A stretch of 26,285 nucleotides of DNA from a virus (IMGVR_UViG_3300006922_000151:1-26285), one strand, 5' to 3'. Shown: positions 17,921-26,012, numbered from the stretch's first letter. A program made the numbers and translations. The notes: generated from the letters alone by a model not told the origin.

Positions 17921-18603
17921 TCTATCTTCTTTTCTTTCTGCGTAATCAATAAATGATTTGCATGTTTAAATATATTTCCACTACGCCAAGTACCACCACT
18001 ATAAGCAGCAGAAGCTGGATGTGAACATTTTAATATGTGCTGATTGCTTAGATGGTCTTCCCACTTCTCAGCTTTCTTACCCAAGAGTATTGCTACCCTA
18101 TCATTTTTATTAGCATTCAATACTGTAAGCAGATAATCTGTAAAAGGATCCCATATATCATAATGAGAACCAATCTTACCTACCTGTACAGTAAGAGCTG
18201 TGTTAAGCATCAGAACACCTTGAGCTGACCAACGTGCTAGATCTTTATCTTTACCTTCATACTTACCATATAGGTCCTTGAAGATATACTGTAAAGACTT
18301 CTCATACTTATCCTTTCTGCTGCAGCTAAATGATATACCATCTGCCGCACCCTCTTGTGGATAAGGATCTTGTCCTATAAGAATAACCTTAAGATCATCA
18401 TAAGGACAAACCTCAAATGCTCTGAAGATATTCTTAAACTCAGGTTCAAACTTATGACCCTGTTCTCTACGCTCAATTAACTGATTAACAGCTCCTTTAA
18501 ACTCATTCCCATTTATGTATGGTTCAAGTATCCTATCCCAACCTGATGGAAATAACTTTACTAAAAACTTTTCTCTTATTTTATTTATATCTATATTCGC
18601 CAT
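17914..18603 (-). CDS. ung: uracil-DNA glycosylase family 1
   Basis: IFRAF, KVILIGQDPY, ADGISFS, QGVLMLNTALTV and SHPAS motifs. Confidence 0.92.
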   Translation of the reverse strand: MANIDINKIREKFLVKLFPSGWDRILEPYINGNEFKGAVNQLIERREQGHKFEPEFKNIFRAFEVCPYDDLKVILIGQDPYPQEGAADGISFSCSRKDKYEKSLQYIFKDLYGKYEGKDKDLARWSAQGVLMLNTALTVQVGKIGSHYDIWDPFTDYLLTVLNANKNDRVAILLGKKAEKWEDHLSNQHILKCSHPASAAYSGGTWRSGNIFKHANHLLITQKEKKIEW

Positions 18604-18617
18604 AATAACTATTTAAT

Positions 18618-19052
18618 ATGTCACATAAAAAAACTGTATTTGATCCCAAAGGTGTGATTGAGGATATTCAAATATCCACAACATATATATCAGGCTTACA
18701 ATCTATCCTAATGACTATGATGGGTTTCCTAGAGGATAAGACAGCTTTACCTGAGACGCTTGCAAAATTTAAAAAATTAACAGGAGGAGAAACTGATATA
18801 CAATTATCTCCTGCTGAATCACAGTTATACATTATTATCTCATTAATCCAAGAACTTAAGACAAAAGCTATTAAGCAGGGACTATCATCTGAAGTAGAAA
18901 TATCTGATGATGTCAATGCAAAAGTAGAGGAGATGTCTAAAGAGCTTCTTACACTAGATGAGAGTGATGATGAGTCTGTAAAAGAATTTGCTGAGAGATA
19001 CAAGGATATGTATGACCAAGTATACTCTGAGCTAAATAAGAAATCATCTTAA
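18618..19052 (+). CDS. acidic helical hypothetical protein, counter-oriented
   Basis: 144 aa with ATG start and protein-like composition; exactly fills the gap between two minus-strand genes. Confidence 0.72.
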   Translation: MSHKKTVFDPKGVIEDIQISTTYISGLQSILMTMMGFLEDKTALPETLAKFKKLTGGETDIQLSPAESQLYIIISLIQELKTKAIKQGLSSEVEISDDVNAKVEEMSKELLTLDESDDESVKEFAERYKDMYDQVYSELNKKSS

Positions 19053-19427
19053 CTGGATACCATTAAAGTCTCCAATCTCTATGCATGCTTGTATTGCTAG
19101 ATTCAATTCACTAGCATCACAGTCTGCAAATGATTTACAATACTCCACTTTATTACGCATAAAGCATAAACCTGCTTTACGTTTAATTTGTAGCTTCATC
19201 TCCTCAAAAGTATAACCAATCTCGTTGGCTAGTTCCCTACACATTGCATGAATCCTAGCCAACTGAGCATTGGTACCCTTACCATCTGCAATACTAATGA
19301 ACAGTTCTACTCTAGCACCTTCCGGTGCATCCCTTAGAAACCTTTCATATTTAGTCTTGTATGCCTTAACAGGAAAGTGTAACTTTCCATCCTTAATAGA
19401 TAGCTTTAGGTGTATGTTATCTCTCAT
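19044..19427 (-). CDS. NinB/YbcN-like protein
   Basis: T.AQLARIHAM.RELA..IGY..EEMK...K and KS.AD....EL...I patterns. Confidence 0.6.
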   Translation of the reverse strand: MRDNIHLKLSIKDGKLHFPVKAYKTKYERFLRDAPEGARVELFISIADGKGTNAQLARIHAMCRELANEIGYTFEEMKLQIKRKAGLCFMRNKVEYCKSFADCDASELNLAIQACIEIGDFNGIQLR

Positions 19428-19627
19428 CTGAATCTAATCTTATTATCTACTGAAACAAACTCGTGACCACAAGATAAACAAAGTAAATGTTCAGGAGTGG
19501 AAGGAGCAAATACAAGAGTATTTTCCCCACAATTAATACAGTCAGGAACACCTTCTTCAAGATGTTCAAGGAACTCTTGATATTGATAATCATCATCTAG
19601 AAACTTATCGTTTGAAAACTTATTCAT
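19424..19627 (-). CDS. small zinc-ribbon protein
   Basis: CINCG...CLSCG. Confidence 0.7.
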   Translation of the reverse strand: MNKFSNDKFLDDDYQYQEFLEHLEEGVPDCINCGENTLVFAPSTPEHLLCLSCGHEFVSVDNKIRFR

Positions 19628-20735
19628 AGGTTTTATTTAAAGGGTTATAATATTTAATCTTAGAGCTATCAAACTCATTAAGTGCATTGCTAACCCACTT
19701 CTCATCTACAGTATCTTTATAGCAAAGTATATGACAAGTAGCTGTCTCATCTGGGTTAAGTCTTAATAGTCTACCAATTCTCTGAGCAGACTTTCTCTCA
19801 TTGCCATAAGCATGCATTATAATACCTTGCCTTAGATTAGGTATAGTAACACCCTCACTAAGCTGGAGAATGCAAGAGAGAGCATCTATCTGGCCATTCG
19901 CGAACAACTCAAGGTTGTCTTCAGAATTGCTATTGCCTGAATAATAACTATGCGGTGCTATCCTATCTGCTTGTTCTTTAGTATTAGCAAATACAATTAC
20001 CTTATTATCCATGTTCTTAACTAAACCTTTAGCATAATCTTCTTTAGTAGTATAAGATTGCATTGCTTTCATTCTCATTATAGAAGATATCTGCCGTTGC
20101 TTAGGTGTAGTTGCATCATATAGTCTCTTAGATAAGTAACTATAATCATCTACCTCAGACGTAAACCATGTACCACCTGTCTTTTTGTTTTGTTTCCTAC
20201 ACGTTTTAAGTTTAGATAACTGTAACATATGCACAATTATTCTATAATCATTAAGAATATCATTGTCAGTTGCATTATCTACAGTAAATGTATACTTAAC
20301 TGGACAAAACCTATTTAATAAACGGTATTTAACACTACTCTTACGTACTGGGGGTGTACCTGTCAACCCTAGGACTATGCCTTTATAGGCGTTTAAGAAG
20401 GGTAGATGGCTTTCTAGTATGCTATGACACTCATCTAAATAGACAATATCATAGCCTATTGGGTCCATCTTATTTAATGAAAGATATGTCACAAATGTTA
20501 TATGATCTTTTAAACTATTAAGGTTTAACTTCTCTAACTCATCTAACCAGGCTTGTTTAATTGACAACTTTGGTACAACTACAAGTGCTGATACCATAGG
20601 ATTATACCTAGCCTGTAGGTTCTTTACTGCAATCCTAGTTTTACCAACACCCATTGATATACCTAGAGTACATCTATCATTATCTAATGAAACCTTAAGG
20701 GCTTCTTCCTGAACTTGATCTCTGTTAGTCAACAT
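19620..20735 (-). CDS. SF2 DExH helicase (UvsW/XPB/ResIII-like)
   Basis: MGVGKT, DECH, GLTGTP, LSEGVTIP and QRIGRLLR motifs; start revised to MLTNRDQ (20735) because the track's extra 10 codons overlap an upstream ORF. Confidence 0.88.
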   Translation of the reverse strand: MLTNRDQVQEEALKVSLDNDRCTLGISMGVGKTRIAVKNLQARYNPMVSALVVVPKLSIKQAWLDELEKLNLNSLKDHITFVTYLSLNKMDPIGYDIVYLDECHSILESHLPFLNAYKGIVLGLTGTPPVRKSSVKYRLLNRFCPVKYTFTVDNATDNDILNDYRIIVHMLQLSKLKTCRKQNKKTGGTWFTSEVDDYSYLSKRLYDATTPKQRQISSIMRMKAMQSYTTKEDYAKGLVKNMDNKVIVFANTKEQADRIAPHSYYSGNSNSEDNLELFANGQIDALSCILQLSEGVTIPNLRQGIIMHAYGNERKSAQRIGRLLRLNPDETATCHILCYKDTVDEKWVSNALNEFDSSKIKYYNPLNKTYE

Positions 20736-20904
20736 AGTAGAGTGTGTTATCATCTGAGTTATCATTTAATAATTGTACAAACTTCTCTGCCTCATGATAA
20801 ATATCAAAAGTTAATATCTCACTACCTTGTACCAGATACACCGTTACAGAGTAGTCATCTCTAATCTTAATTGTCTTCTTGACTTTGAATGTTTTCTGTT
20901 CCAT
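20725..20904 (-). CDS. hypothetical protein (59 aa, MEQKTFKVKK...TLYYVD)
   Basis: Read manually (absent from the ORF track); fills the 20766-20866 gap and overlaps both neighbours. Confidence 0.6.
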   Translation of the reverse strand: MEQKTFKVKKTIKIRDDYSVTVYLVQGSEILTFDIYHEAEKFVQLLNDNSDDNTLYYVD

Positions 20905-21280
20905 ATTTCTTTTTAATTGTTTCTGCTATAGGAGTGGGATCACCTTGCTCATCTACCCTTACAAACTTAATCTTTGTAGATAGAATAACCTTTTGATTAC
21001 CACTATATACATTATGTGATCTTGCTTCTAAGTAAAGAGTAATAGATGTGTTACCAATCTTTGCTACCTTACCATATATCTTAATTAGTTGACCTTCTTT
21101 AGCAGGACGTATAAATACACATTCATCTATCTTTATAGTCAGCATTCTAGGTGTACTACAACATTCAGTAGCAAAAGCTGCTCCTGCGGCATCCATCCAC
21201 GCAAGCAACTTGCCACCAAATAAATTTGCATGAAACCCTAGATCTGATTTTTTAATCGGATGGGTTGTAATTAAATTCAT
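20867..21280 (-). CDS. acyl-CoA thioesterase (HotDog fold, YciA-like)
   Basis: DLGFHANLFGGKLLAWMD, F..PAK.G, GNTSI and FV.VDE.G.P motifs. Confidence 0.85.
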   Translation of the reverse strand: MNLITTHPIKKSDLGFHANLFGGKLLAWMDAAGAAFATECCSTPRMLTIKIDECVFIRPAKEGQLIKIYGKVAKIGNTSITLYLEARSHNVYSGNQKVILSTKIKFVRVDEQGDPTPIAETIKKKYGTENIQSQEDN

Positions 21281-21966
21281 TAGTATATTACTTCATAATA
21301 GCTATGCTTCTTTCTTATAACAAAGTCAGAAGTATCTGACATAGCATCAAAAAAATCATCTGGATCCATAGACTCACCTAAGAATCTTACCTCAAAGTGT
21401 AAGTGAGGACCAGTAGATCTACCGGTTGAACCAATGATACCTAAGGGTGTACCTGCTGCTATAGTATCCCCTTCTTCTACAAGAAGATTCCAGTGATGAG
21501 CATAGTAAGTCTCTAACCCATTAAAGTGTCTAACAATAACTAGCTTACCATAGCCACCGTTGTAACCTGCTTTAGCATACCTTACTACACCAGCAAAGGT
21601 TGAATAGCTTGTATCCTTATTGTTATAAGCAATGTCTATACCTTCATGCATTCTACCCCAACGCCATCCATATCCGCTAGTACTTCTACCAACCATAACA
21701 GGAGGGTGATATTCACCCCCTATTATAAGTGCACTATCAATAGTTGTATCAGCATTATAGTGCAGGTACCTGGTATCTTTAGTATACATTGTATCTATAA
21801 AAGGTACCTCAATAGTATCTCTTACAGTATCAATCTGAATGATAGGTACTTCTATAATTACCGGTTGTTTTGTTGCTAAGTTATAGCTAGTAATCATGGC
21901 ATTAATTAATACCAATACCATTGTTGCACCTAACATAGTTACAAATACTTTTTCCAAAACCTTCAT
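21280..21966 (-). CDS. M23 family peptidoglycan endopeptidase with N-terminal membrane anchor
   Basis: HEGID, GYGKLVIVRH, YAH and GSTGRSTGPHLHFE motifs; hydrophobic N-terminus. Confidence 0.9.
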   Translation of the reverse strand: MKVLEKVFVTMLGATMVLVLINAMITSYNLATKQPVIIEVPIIQIDTVRDTIEVPFIDTMYTKDTRYLHYNADTTIDSALIIGGEYHPPVMVGRSTSGYGWRWGRMHEGIDIAYNNKDTSYSTFAGVVRYAKAGYNGGYGKLVIVRHFNGLETYYAHHWNLLVEEGDTIAAGTPLGIIGSTGRSTGPHLHFEVRFLGESMDPDDFFDAMSDTSDFVIRKKHSYYEVIY

Positions 21967-21968
21967 AA

Positions 21969-22391
21969 TTAATTATTTAGTGATTCAAAATGATCAGCAT
22001 ATCTAACATTAGGTTCATATCTAGCGGGCTCAGCATAGCCTTTCTCTACAAGAAGAGCATTAAGCATTCTACCATCTGATAGATACACATAGGCTAGTAG
22101 CCTACCATACTTGTCATACATAACATGATCAAACTCTAAGGTAATTTGCTTACCTTCTATTAAGGATCTTGTATATGCAGATGCTTGTTCACCACCTGAT
22201 TCTTTTCTAACGTTTCTATAATTATATGCTTCGGGTGTATCTACACCTATCAATCTAACTTTAGTCTGCTGTCCTCTGTACATGATAACAAATGTATCAC
22301 CATCTATAACCCTACCTACAGTATAGCTTTGAGAACAACCTATTAAGCAGATCGTTGATAATATAAATAGTATAAACTTTTTCATAAACAT
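21969..22391 (-). CDS. thermonuclease (SNase-like), probable lipoprotein
   Basis: VIDGDT, VRLIGVDTPE and DKYGRLLAYVY motifs; MKKFILFILSTICLIGC lipobox-like signal. Confidence 0.88.
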   Translation of the reverse strand: MFMKKFILFILSTICLIGCSQSYTVGRVIDGDTFVIMYRGQQTKVRLIGVDTPEAYNYRNVRKESGGEQASAYTRSLIEGKQITLEFDHVMYDKYGRLLAYVYLSDGRMLNALLVEKGYAEPARYEPNVRYADHFESLNN

Positions 22392-22567
22392 ATGTGCTTT
22401 ACCATCCTTTCATGTAGACCAAAGCTATCAGCAGTTTCTTGCACTGCTTTCTGTTTATCCTTATGATCCAACCATCTGAATGTATAGTCTTTTAAAACTT
22501 CGTACTCTAACTCATATGTATTTAGAGATACTTTCTTTCCATCTAATGTTACTTCAGTCATCATCAT
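22382..22567 (-). CDS. hypothetical protein (61 aa)
   Basis: Overlap-coupled ORF; C-terminus could be HTH-like. Confidence 0.6.
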   Translation of the reverse strand: MMMTEVTLDGKKVSLNTYELEYEVLKDYTFRWLDHKDKQKAVQETADSFGLHERMVKHICL

Positions 22568-22971
22568 CTGTTTAGATTTATAATATCACTAAATATCCAG
22601 CACTTATTAAATTGCTCGGTATAATTATTCCATTCAATACAAACATCTATCTGGTTATTTTCATAATCAATAAATAGCATATCACTAGTATTATCTATTG
22701 AATACATGCTAATACCATCATCATAATCAATATACTGAATGTTATAAGCTAGTCTATAAGCCTGATCAATCTCAACAAGCTCAATAAATCTTTGACTAAG
22801 ATCTATTGATACAGCTTCATAATAAGTTTCAGTAACCTCATAACCGTTCCAAGTATTTTCTACTATCTCCGTTTTATATGATATAAGGTTAGCTGTCTGT
22901 GTATAACCTACGTATGGTAGTAATAATAATAAAAATAAAAATTTACGCATAATAATATTTAAGGTGTCCAT
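22564..22971 (-). CDS. secreted hypothetical protein (likely start MRKFL at 22950)
   Basis: MRKFLFLLLLLPYVGYT-Q signal peptide with Gln at +1. Confidence 0.68.
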   Translation of the reverse strand: MDTLNIIMRKFLFLLLLLPYVGYTQTANLISYKTEIVENTWNGYEVTETYYEAVSIDLSQRFIELVEIDQAYRLAYNIQYIDYDDGISMYSIDNTSDMLFIDYENNQIDVCIEWNNYTEQFNKCWIFSDIINLNR

Positions 22972-23387
22972 GCTAATTGATTCATATAATAACTAACCTT
23001 GTACCAGTAGCTTTTAGTACAATACATAGTATCTCCTCTTGGTCCACCATTCCAACACCGTGCTATCCTCTCATATGAAGCGTACTTATGATAGTACTCA
23101 TGCCATATGAGAAACATCTCAATAGACTTATCATAGTTATACCTATCATTATAAGTATAGCTCCTTTGGATACCTTTCTTTTCTAGTATTCTATTTACTT
23201 CACGGACCATAATAGGGTGTATCTGTAGTATACCCACTGCTCTACCATTATCTCCTACGGCAAAGGTATCTCCTCTTGACTCTGTGTGTATCAGAGCTTC
23301 TATAAAGATATCCATTGGTAGGTTATCTTGACTATATGCTATGCCTGTAAGTGACAGGCTCATAAGAATTATTAATAACTTTTTCAT
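22959..23387 (-). CDS. secreted lysozyme-like/lytic transglycosylase (destabilase-like)
   Basis: Signal peptide ending AYS-Q; IHTESRG (catalytic Glu), AVGILQI and ARCWNGGP motifs. Confidence 0.78.
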   Translation of the reverse strand: MKKLLIILMSLSLTGIAYSQDNLPMDIFIEALIHTESRGDTFAVGDNGRAVGILQIHPIMVREVNRILEKKGIQRSYTYNDRYNYDKSIEMFLIWHEYYHKYASYERIARCWNGGPRGDTMYCTKSYWYKVSYYMNQLAWTP

Positions 23388-23401
23388 AATAAAAATTTTA
23401 G

Positions 23402-23475
23402 TACTCCCATCAGGACTCGAACCTGAAACCTACAGATTAGAAATCTGTTGCTCTATCCAGTTGAGCTATGGGAGC
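23402..23475 (-). tRNA. trnR: tRNA-Arg (anticodon TCT); CCA not encoded
   Basis: Cloverleaf: acceptor GCTCCCA/TGGGAGT, D arm GCTC/GAGC, anticodon arm ACAGA-TTTCTAA-TCTGT, T arm TCAGG-TTCGAGT-CCTGA. Confidence 0.95.
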
Positions 23476-23478
23476 ATG

Positions 23479-23742
23479 CTATACTCTTGAATCTGAGAAT
23501 CCTAACTCAATAGCATCCTCTGGATTCAGTTCAATATATGTGTGACAGTTTCTACATACTGGTAACCAAGTGCTAACGTCTAAATGATACTTACCTCTTC
23601 CACGTTTATGGTGGACTTCAGTTGCTTTTACAGAGCACCTGTCTATACTTGCATGACAGACAGGATGCTCTAATAAAAACTTTCTCCTGAGTTTAGAATA
23701 CTCGGAGTTTATCTTAGACATCTTCTTAGATACTTTTCTCAT
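23479..23742 (-). CDS. HNH-like endonuclease
   Basis: C.....C...ATEVHH..GRG...WLPVCRNCH. Confidence 0.75.
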   Translation of the reverse strand: MRKVSKKMSKINSEYSKLRRKFLLEHPVCHASIDRCSVKATEVHHKRGRGKYHLDVSTWLPVCRNCHTYIELNPEDAIELGFSDSRV

Positions 23743-24164
23743 TTAAGTTGTAGAAAGTTGTGTGGTAATAAACCTGCATGCATAAAGTGCACAATCAAAT
23801 GATCATAGTTTATTCCAAGTTGCTTTAGTGTGAAACGATTAATATATTTTGGATCAACCTCATCTGTGATCATATTCTTAGCCAGTTGGCTATTATTAAA
23901 TATACTAAAAATAGAGTTAGTAAACTCATTAGAGACCTTTTGTTTTAAGGTATTAACCTCACTTTGTCCCCGTCTCCACACCTTTTTGATTCTGTTACGT
24001 TTTGATGGACTCATGGCCCTTACTTCTTCTTCTGCGTATACATTTAAACCATGTAATACACGCTTAAACAAGAAGTGTTGCTTTGGGTTCAGCTTTGTAT
24101 AAGTAAACCTTTGGTCAGCATATAGCTGGTAATCTGATAGTATTCCTTTGTAGTAAGTTCTCAT
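23739..24164 (-). CDS. hypothetical protein (141 aa)
   Basis: Clean ORF in operon orientation. Confidence 0.72.
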   Translation of the reverse strand: MRTYYKGILSDYQLYADQRFTYTKLNPKQHFLFKRVLHGLNVYAEEEVRAMSPSKRNRIKKVWRRGQSEVNTLKQKVSNEFTNSIFSIFNNSQLAKNMITDEVDPKYINRFTLKQLGINYDHLIVHFMHAGLLPHNFLQLK

Positions 24165-24185
24165 GGGTATAAATTAAAAGTATAT

Positions 24186-24213
24186 AAAAAAAGGGGCTAC
24201 CGTAGCAGCCCCT
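24186..24213 (-). terminator. intrinsic terminator with C(UACG)G tetraloop
   Basis: Minus strand GGGGCTGC-TACG-GTAGCCCC followed by T7. Confidence 0.88.
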
Positions 24214-24225
24214 AAACGAAACAAA

Positions 24226-24759
24226 TTAAAGTTCAAAGGTAGTTTCTGATTCAATCTCCTCAGTTACTTCCTCCTCCGTGACTTGTTCTTCTGCCTCTAG
24301 TTCCTCAACAGGTTCAGCAATAGCTTGCTCTGTTGTTATACCATTGGCTTCACGGATTGCATCACCATTAGTGTGTGCTATTAACACATCACTTTCTTCT
24401 GTATTAGTTGTAAAGAAAGTCTTTCTATAGATAGGCTCTCCATATGCACAACAAATAACTCCTGTGCCACCTGCATACTTGAGGTCACGATCAGGGTTGT
24501 TAGGATTAAAAGGTTCAGTTTGTTCTTTAATAACAATCTTACCTGCAATCTCCTGGTTTGCCTGGAAGTTCAAAGACTCTAAGTCTTCCACTCTACCATG
24601 CAATAATGTAGAAACGTTTGTGGACTTTACCCATCCACCGTTTGTAAATTGGACACGTTGTTGTTGTAAACGAATAAAACCATACTCTGGATTTGCTTGT
24701 GATACACGCATAACGCAACCCATGTCATCTGCCAAAACAGTTACTCTGTTTGAACTCAT
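24226..24759 (-). CDS. hypothetical protein with acidic C-terminal tail
   Basis: 177 aa, beta-rich core, Glu-rich tail ending TTFEL; followed by a terminator. Confidence 0.78.
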   Translation of the reverse strand: MSSNRVTVLADDMGCVMRVSQANPEYGFIRLQQQRVQFTNGGWVKSTNVSTLLHGRVEDLESLNFQANQEIAGKIVIKEQTEPFNPNNPDRDLKYAGGTGVICCAYGEPIYRKTFFTTNTEESDVLIAHTNGDAIREANGITTEQAIAEPVEELEAEEQVTEEEVTEEIESETTFEL

Positions 24760-24788
24760 AATAATAAATTAAAAATGTAAAAAAAAGA

Positions 24789-25046
24789 TTAGATATCATC
24801 CCGCTGAAAGTCTTTATCTTTCAGCTTGGTACGACTATCTATCTCAGTGACATCAGGCTCATACTCTTCTTCATCCTGTACAACAGGAGTTGATTTCTCT
24901 GCAAAGGGAGAGTAAAAGGGATTTATGTATTCCTTTGTAAAAGTACCGCTAAGGCCATTGAGATCTCTTAGATCTTGTTCATCAAAATCTAAGTACTGCT
25001 CAAGTGAGCATTCTATGAAACGACCATTGGGTAATTGTATTATCAC
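24789..25046 (-). CDS. hypothetical acidic protein (85 aa, GTG start)
   Basis: ORF in operon orientation. Confidence 0.65.
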   Translation of the reverse strand: MIIQLPNGRFIECSLEQYLDFDEQDLRDLNGLSGTFTKEYINPFYSPFAEKSTPVVQDEEEYEPDVTEIDSRTKLKDKDFQRDDI

Positions 25047-25141
25047 ATAATAAAAATAGATAATACCATACCACTTATGTCGTAATTGTGCAACTAATAT
25101 TTAATTAGTTACTATATATAGTGTAGTAATATAGCTACAGT

Positions 25142-25381
25142 TTAAACTAAAGTAATTACTCTACCAGTTCTTATAATATACTTTTTGTCTTTAAGCTCTC
25201 TTATCAACCTATCTACCTGGCGCTGACTAATGTTATTTAGATCTGCTAGTGTAGATATTGAGGGATAGCATTCCCGTTTATTGTTTGCATATAAAGACAA
25301 TGTACTATACAAACCTTTGGCTTGTATTGAAAGTTCTGGATCTGAGATCACATCATAGTTTACTATACCAAAGCGTTTCAC
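25142..25381 (-). CDS. winged helix-turn-helix protein (HTH_36-like)
   Basis: D.ELS..AKGLY..L..YA.....CYPSISTLA..NISQRQV.R.I.ELK.K.YI. Confidence 0.78.
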   Translation of the reverse strand: MKRFGIVNYDVISDPELSIQAKGLYSTLSLYANNKRECYPSISTLADLNNISQRQVDRLIRELKDKKYIIRTGRVITLV

Positions 25382-25584
25382 TCAACATGATTATTAAAAA
25401 TAATAATGAGTGCATCTGCTAATGGTGTTCCATCAGTAAGCTTAGGATCTTGAAAGTTATATTTCATATTCATAAACTTACCAAACTCTGCAGGGTATAA
25501 ACCTTCCTGCTTGGCTTGATCATAATCTTTTTTCCAAGTGTTAAGCTCAGATCTAAGAAGTTCTTGGGATATTCTAGCTGCCAT
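25378..25584 (-). CDS. hypothetical protein (68 aa)
   Basis: 4-nt overlap with the HTH gene. Confidence 0.65.
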   Translation of the reverse strand: MAARISQELLRSELNTWKKDYDQAKQEGLYPAEFGKFMNMKYNFQDPKLTDGTPLADALIIIFNNHVE

Positions 25585-25586
25585 AG

Positions 25587-25673
25587 TTAAAGGGTTATCA
25601 TTGTTAAGATTCCTAATCCAGTTACTGCAATGATTGCAATAACCATTAATGCTTCAAATGTTCTATAGCTCAT
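25587..25673 (-). CDS. small membrane peptide (28 aa, MSYRTFEALMVIAIIAVTGLGILTMITL)
   Basis: Read manually; ATGA overlap with the upstream ORF; stop 2 nt before the next ATG; one TM segment. Confidence 0.55.
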   Translation of the reverse strand: MSYRTFEALMVIAIIAVTGLGILTMITL

Positions 25674-25792
25674 CGTACTGCTGGGTTATTCTTACAACTC
25701 CTATAAGCACTGCAAGATGTAGATGTCATACCTACAAATAGAACAAGGGCAATCAGATACAAAAACATACGGTGTTTAATTAAATACTTCAT
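25670..25792 (-). CDS. small lipoprotein-like peptide (40 aa, MKYLIKHRMFLYLIALVLFVGMTSTSCSAYRSCKNNPAVR)
   Basis: Read manually; basic n-region, hydrophobic h-region, TS-C lipobox-like site. Confidence 0.55.
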   Translation of the reverse strand: MKYLIKHRMFLYLIALVLFVGMTSTSCSAYRSCKNNPAVR

Positions 25793-25810
25793 GGAAAATA
25801 AATTAGGGTT

Positions 25811-26005
25811 AAAAAAAATAAGCAGTTTATATACATACTCAGGTATTCCTATACGAGTTTTTACGTTTGTTTTATATTATATACACCACCTACAACACAG
25901 GTGTACACCAGATCTTCATATGATCTGTCAGTACCGGTTATCCAATACCTATTACAAACAACGTATAGATATCTACTAAAGCTGGTTGTAACAACTTATG
26001 TAGAT
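25811..26005 (-). ncRNA. putative structured RNA domain ending in an H-type pseudoknot and U8
   Basis: Several short helices (25971-26005, 25909-25927, 25887-25903, 25849-55/25962-68); their single mismatches are G.U only on the minus strand; pseudoknot at 25819-25846. Confidence 0.4.
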
Positions 26006-26012
26006 GCAAGAA

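Noticed and set aside
18668-19003. 111 aa minus-strand ORF that would keep the operon orientation
   Set aside because: Ser-rich antisense shadow of the longer, protein-like + strand ORF 18618-19052.
23402-23475. Amber suppressor tRNA (CTA visible in the anticodon loop) and TAG recoding as in some crAss-like phages
   Set aside because: The 7-nt loop TTTCTAA places TCT at the anticodon position (Arg). Genes are intact under the standard code and several end in TAG (e.g. 5687, 11885, 17914, 23479).
23479-23742. Mobile homing endonuclease or integration site at the tRNA
   Set aside because: Short HNH with no extra DNA-binding domain; no integrase and no duplicated tRNA 3' end (att) seen in the window.
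1879-24772. Other + strand ORFs in the track (1879, 2855, 3205, 3703, 4801, 8729, 9871, 12871, 14728, 16427, 17750, 21646, 23830, 24464)
   Set aside because: All lie antisense to well-supported minus-strand genes and have shadow-like composition.
25791-25979. 62 aa + strand ORF
   Set aside because: Opposite to local gene orientation, no recognisable features, and overlaps a region whose G.U pattern indicates a minus-strand structured RNA.
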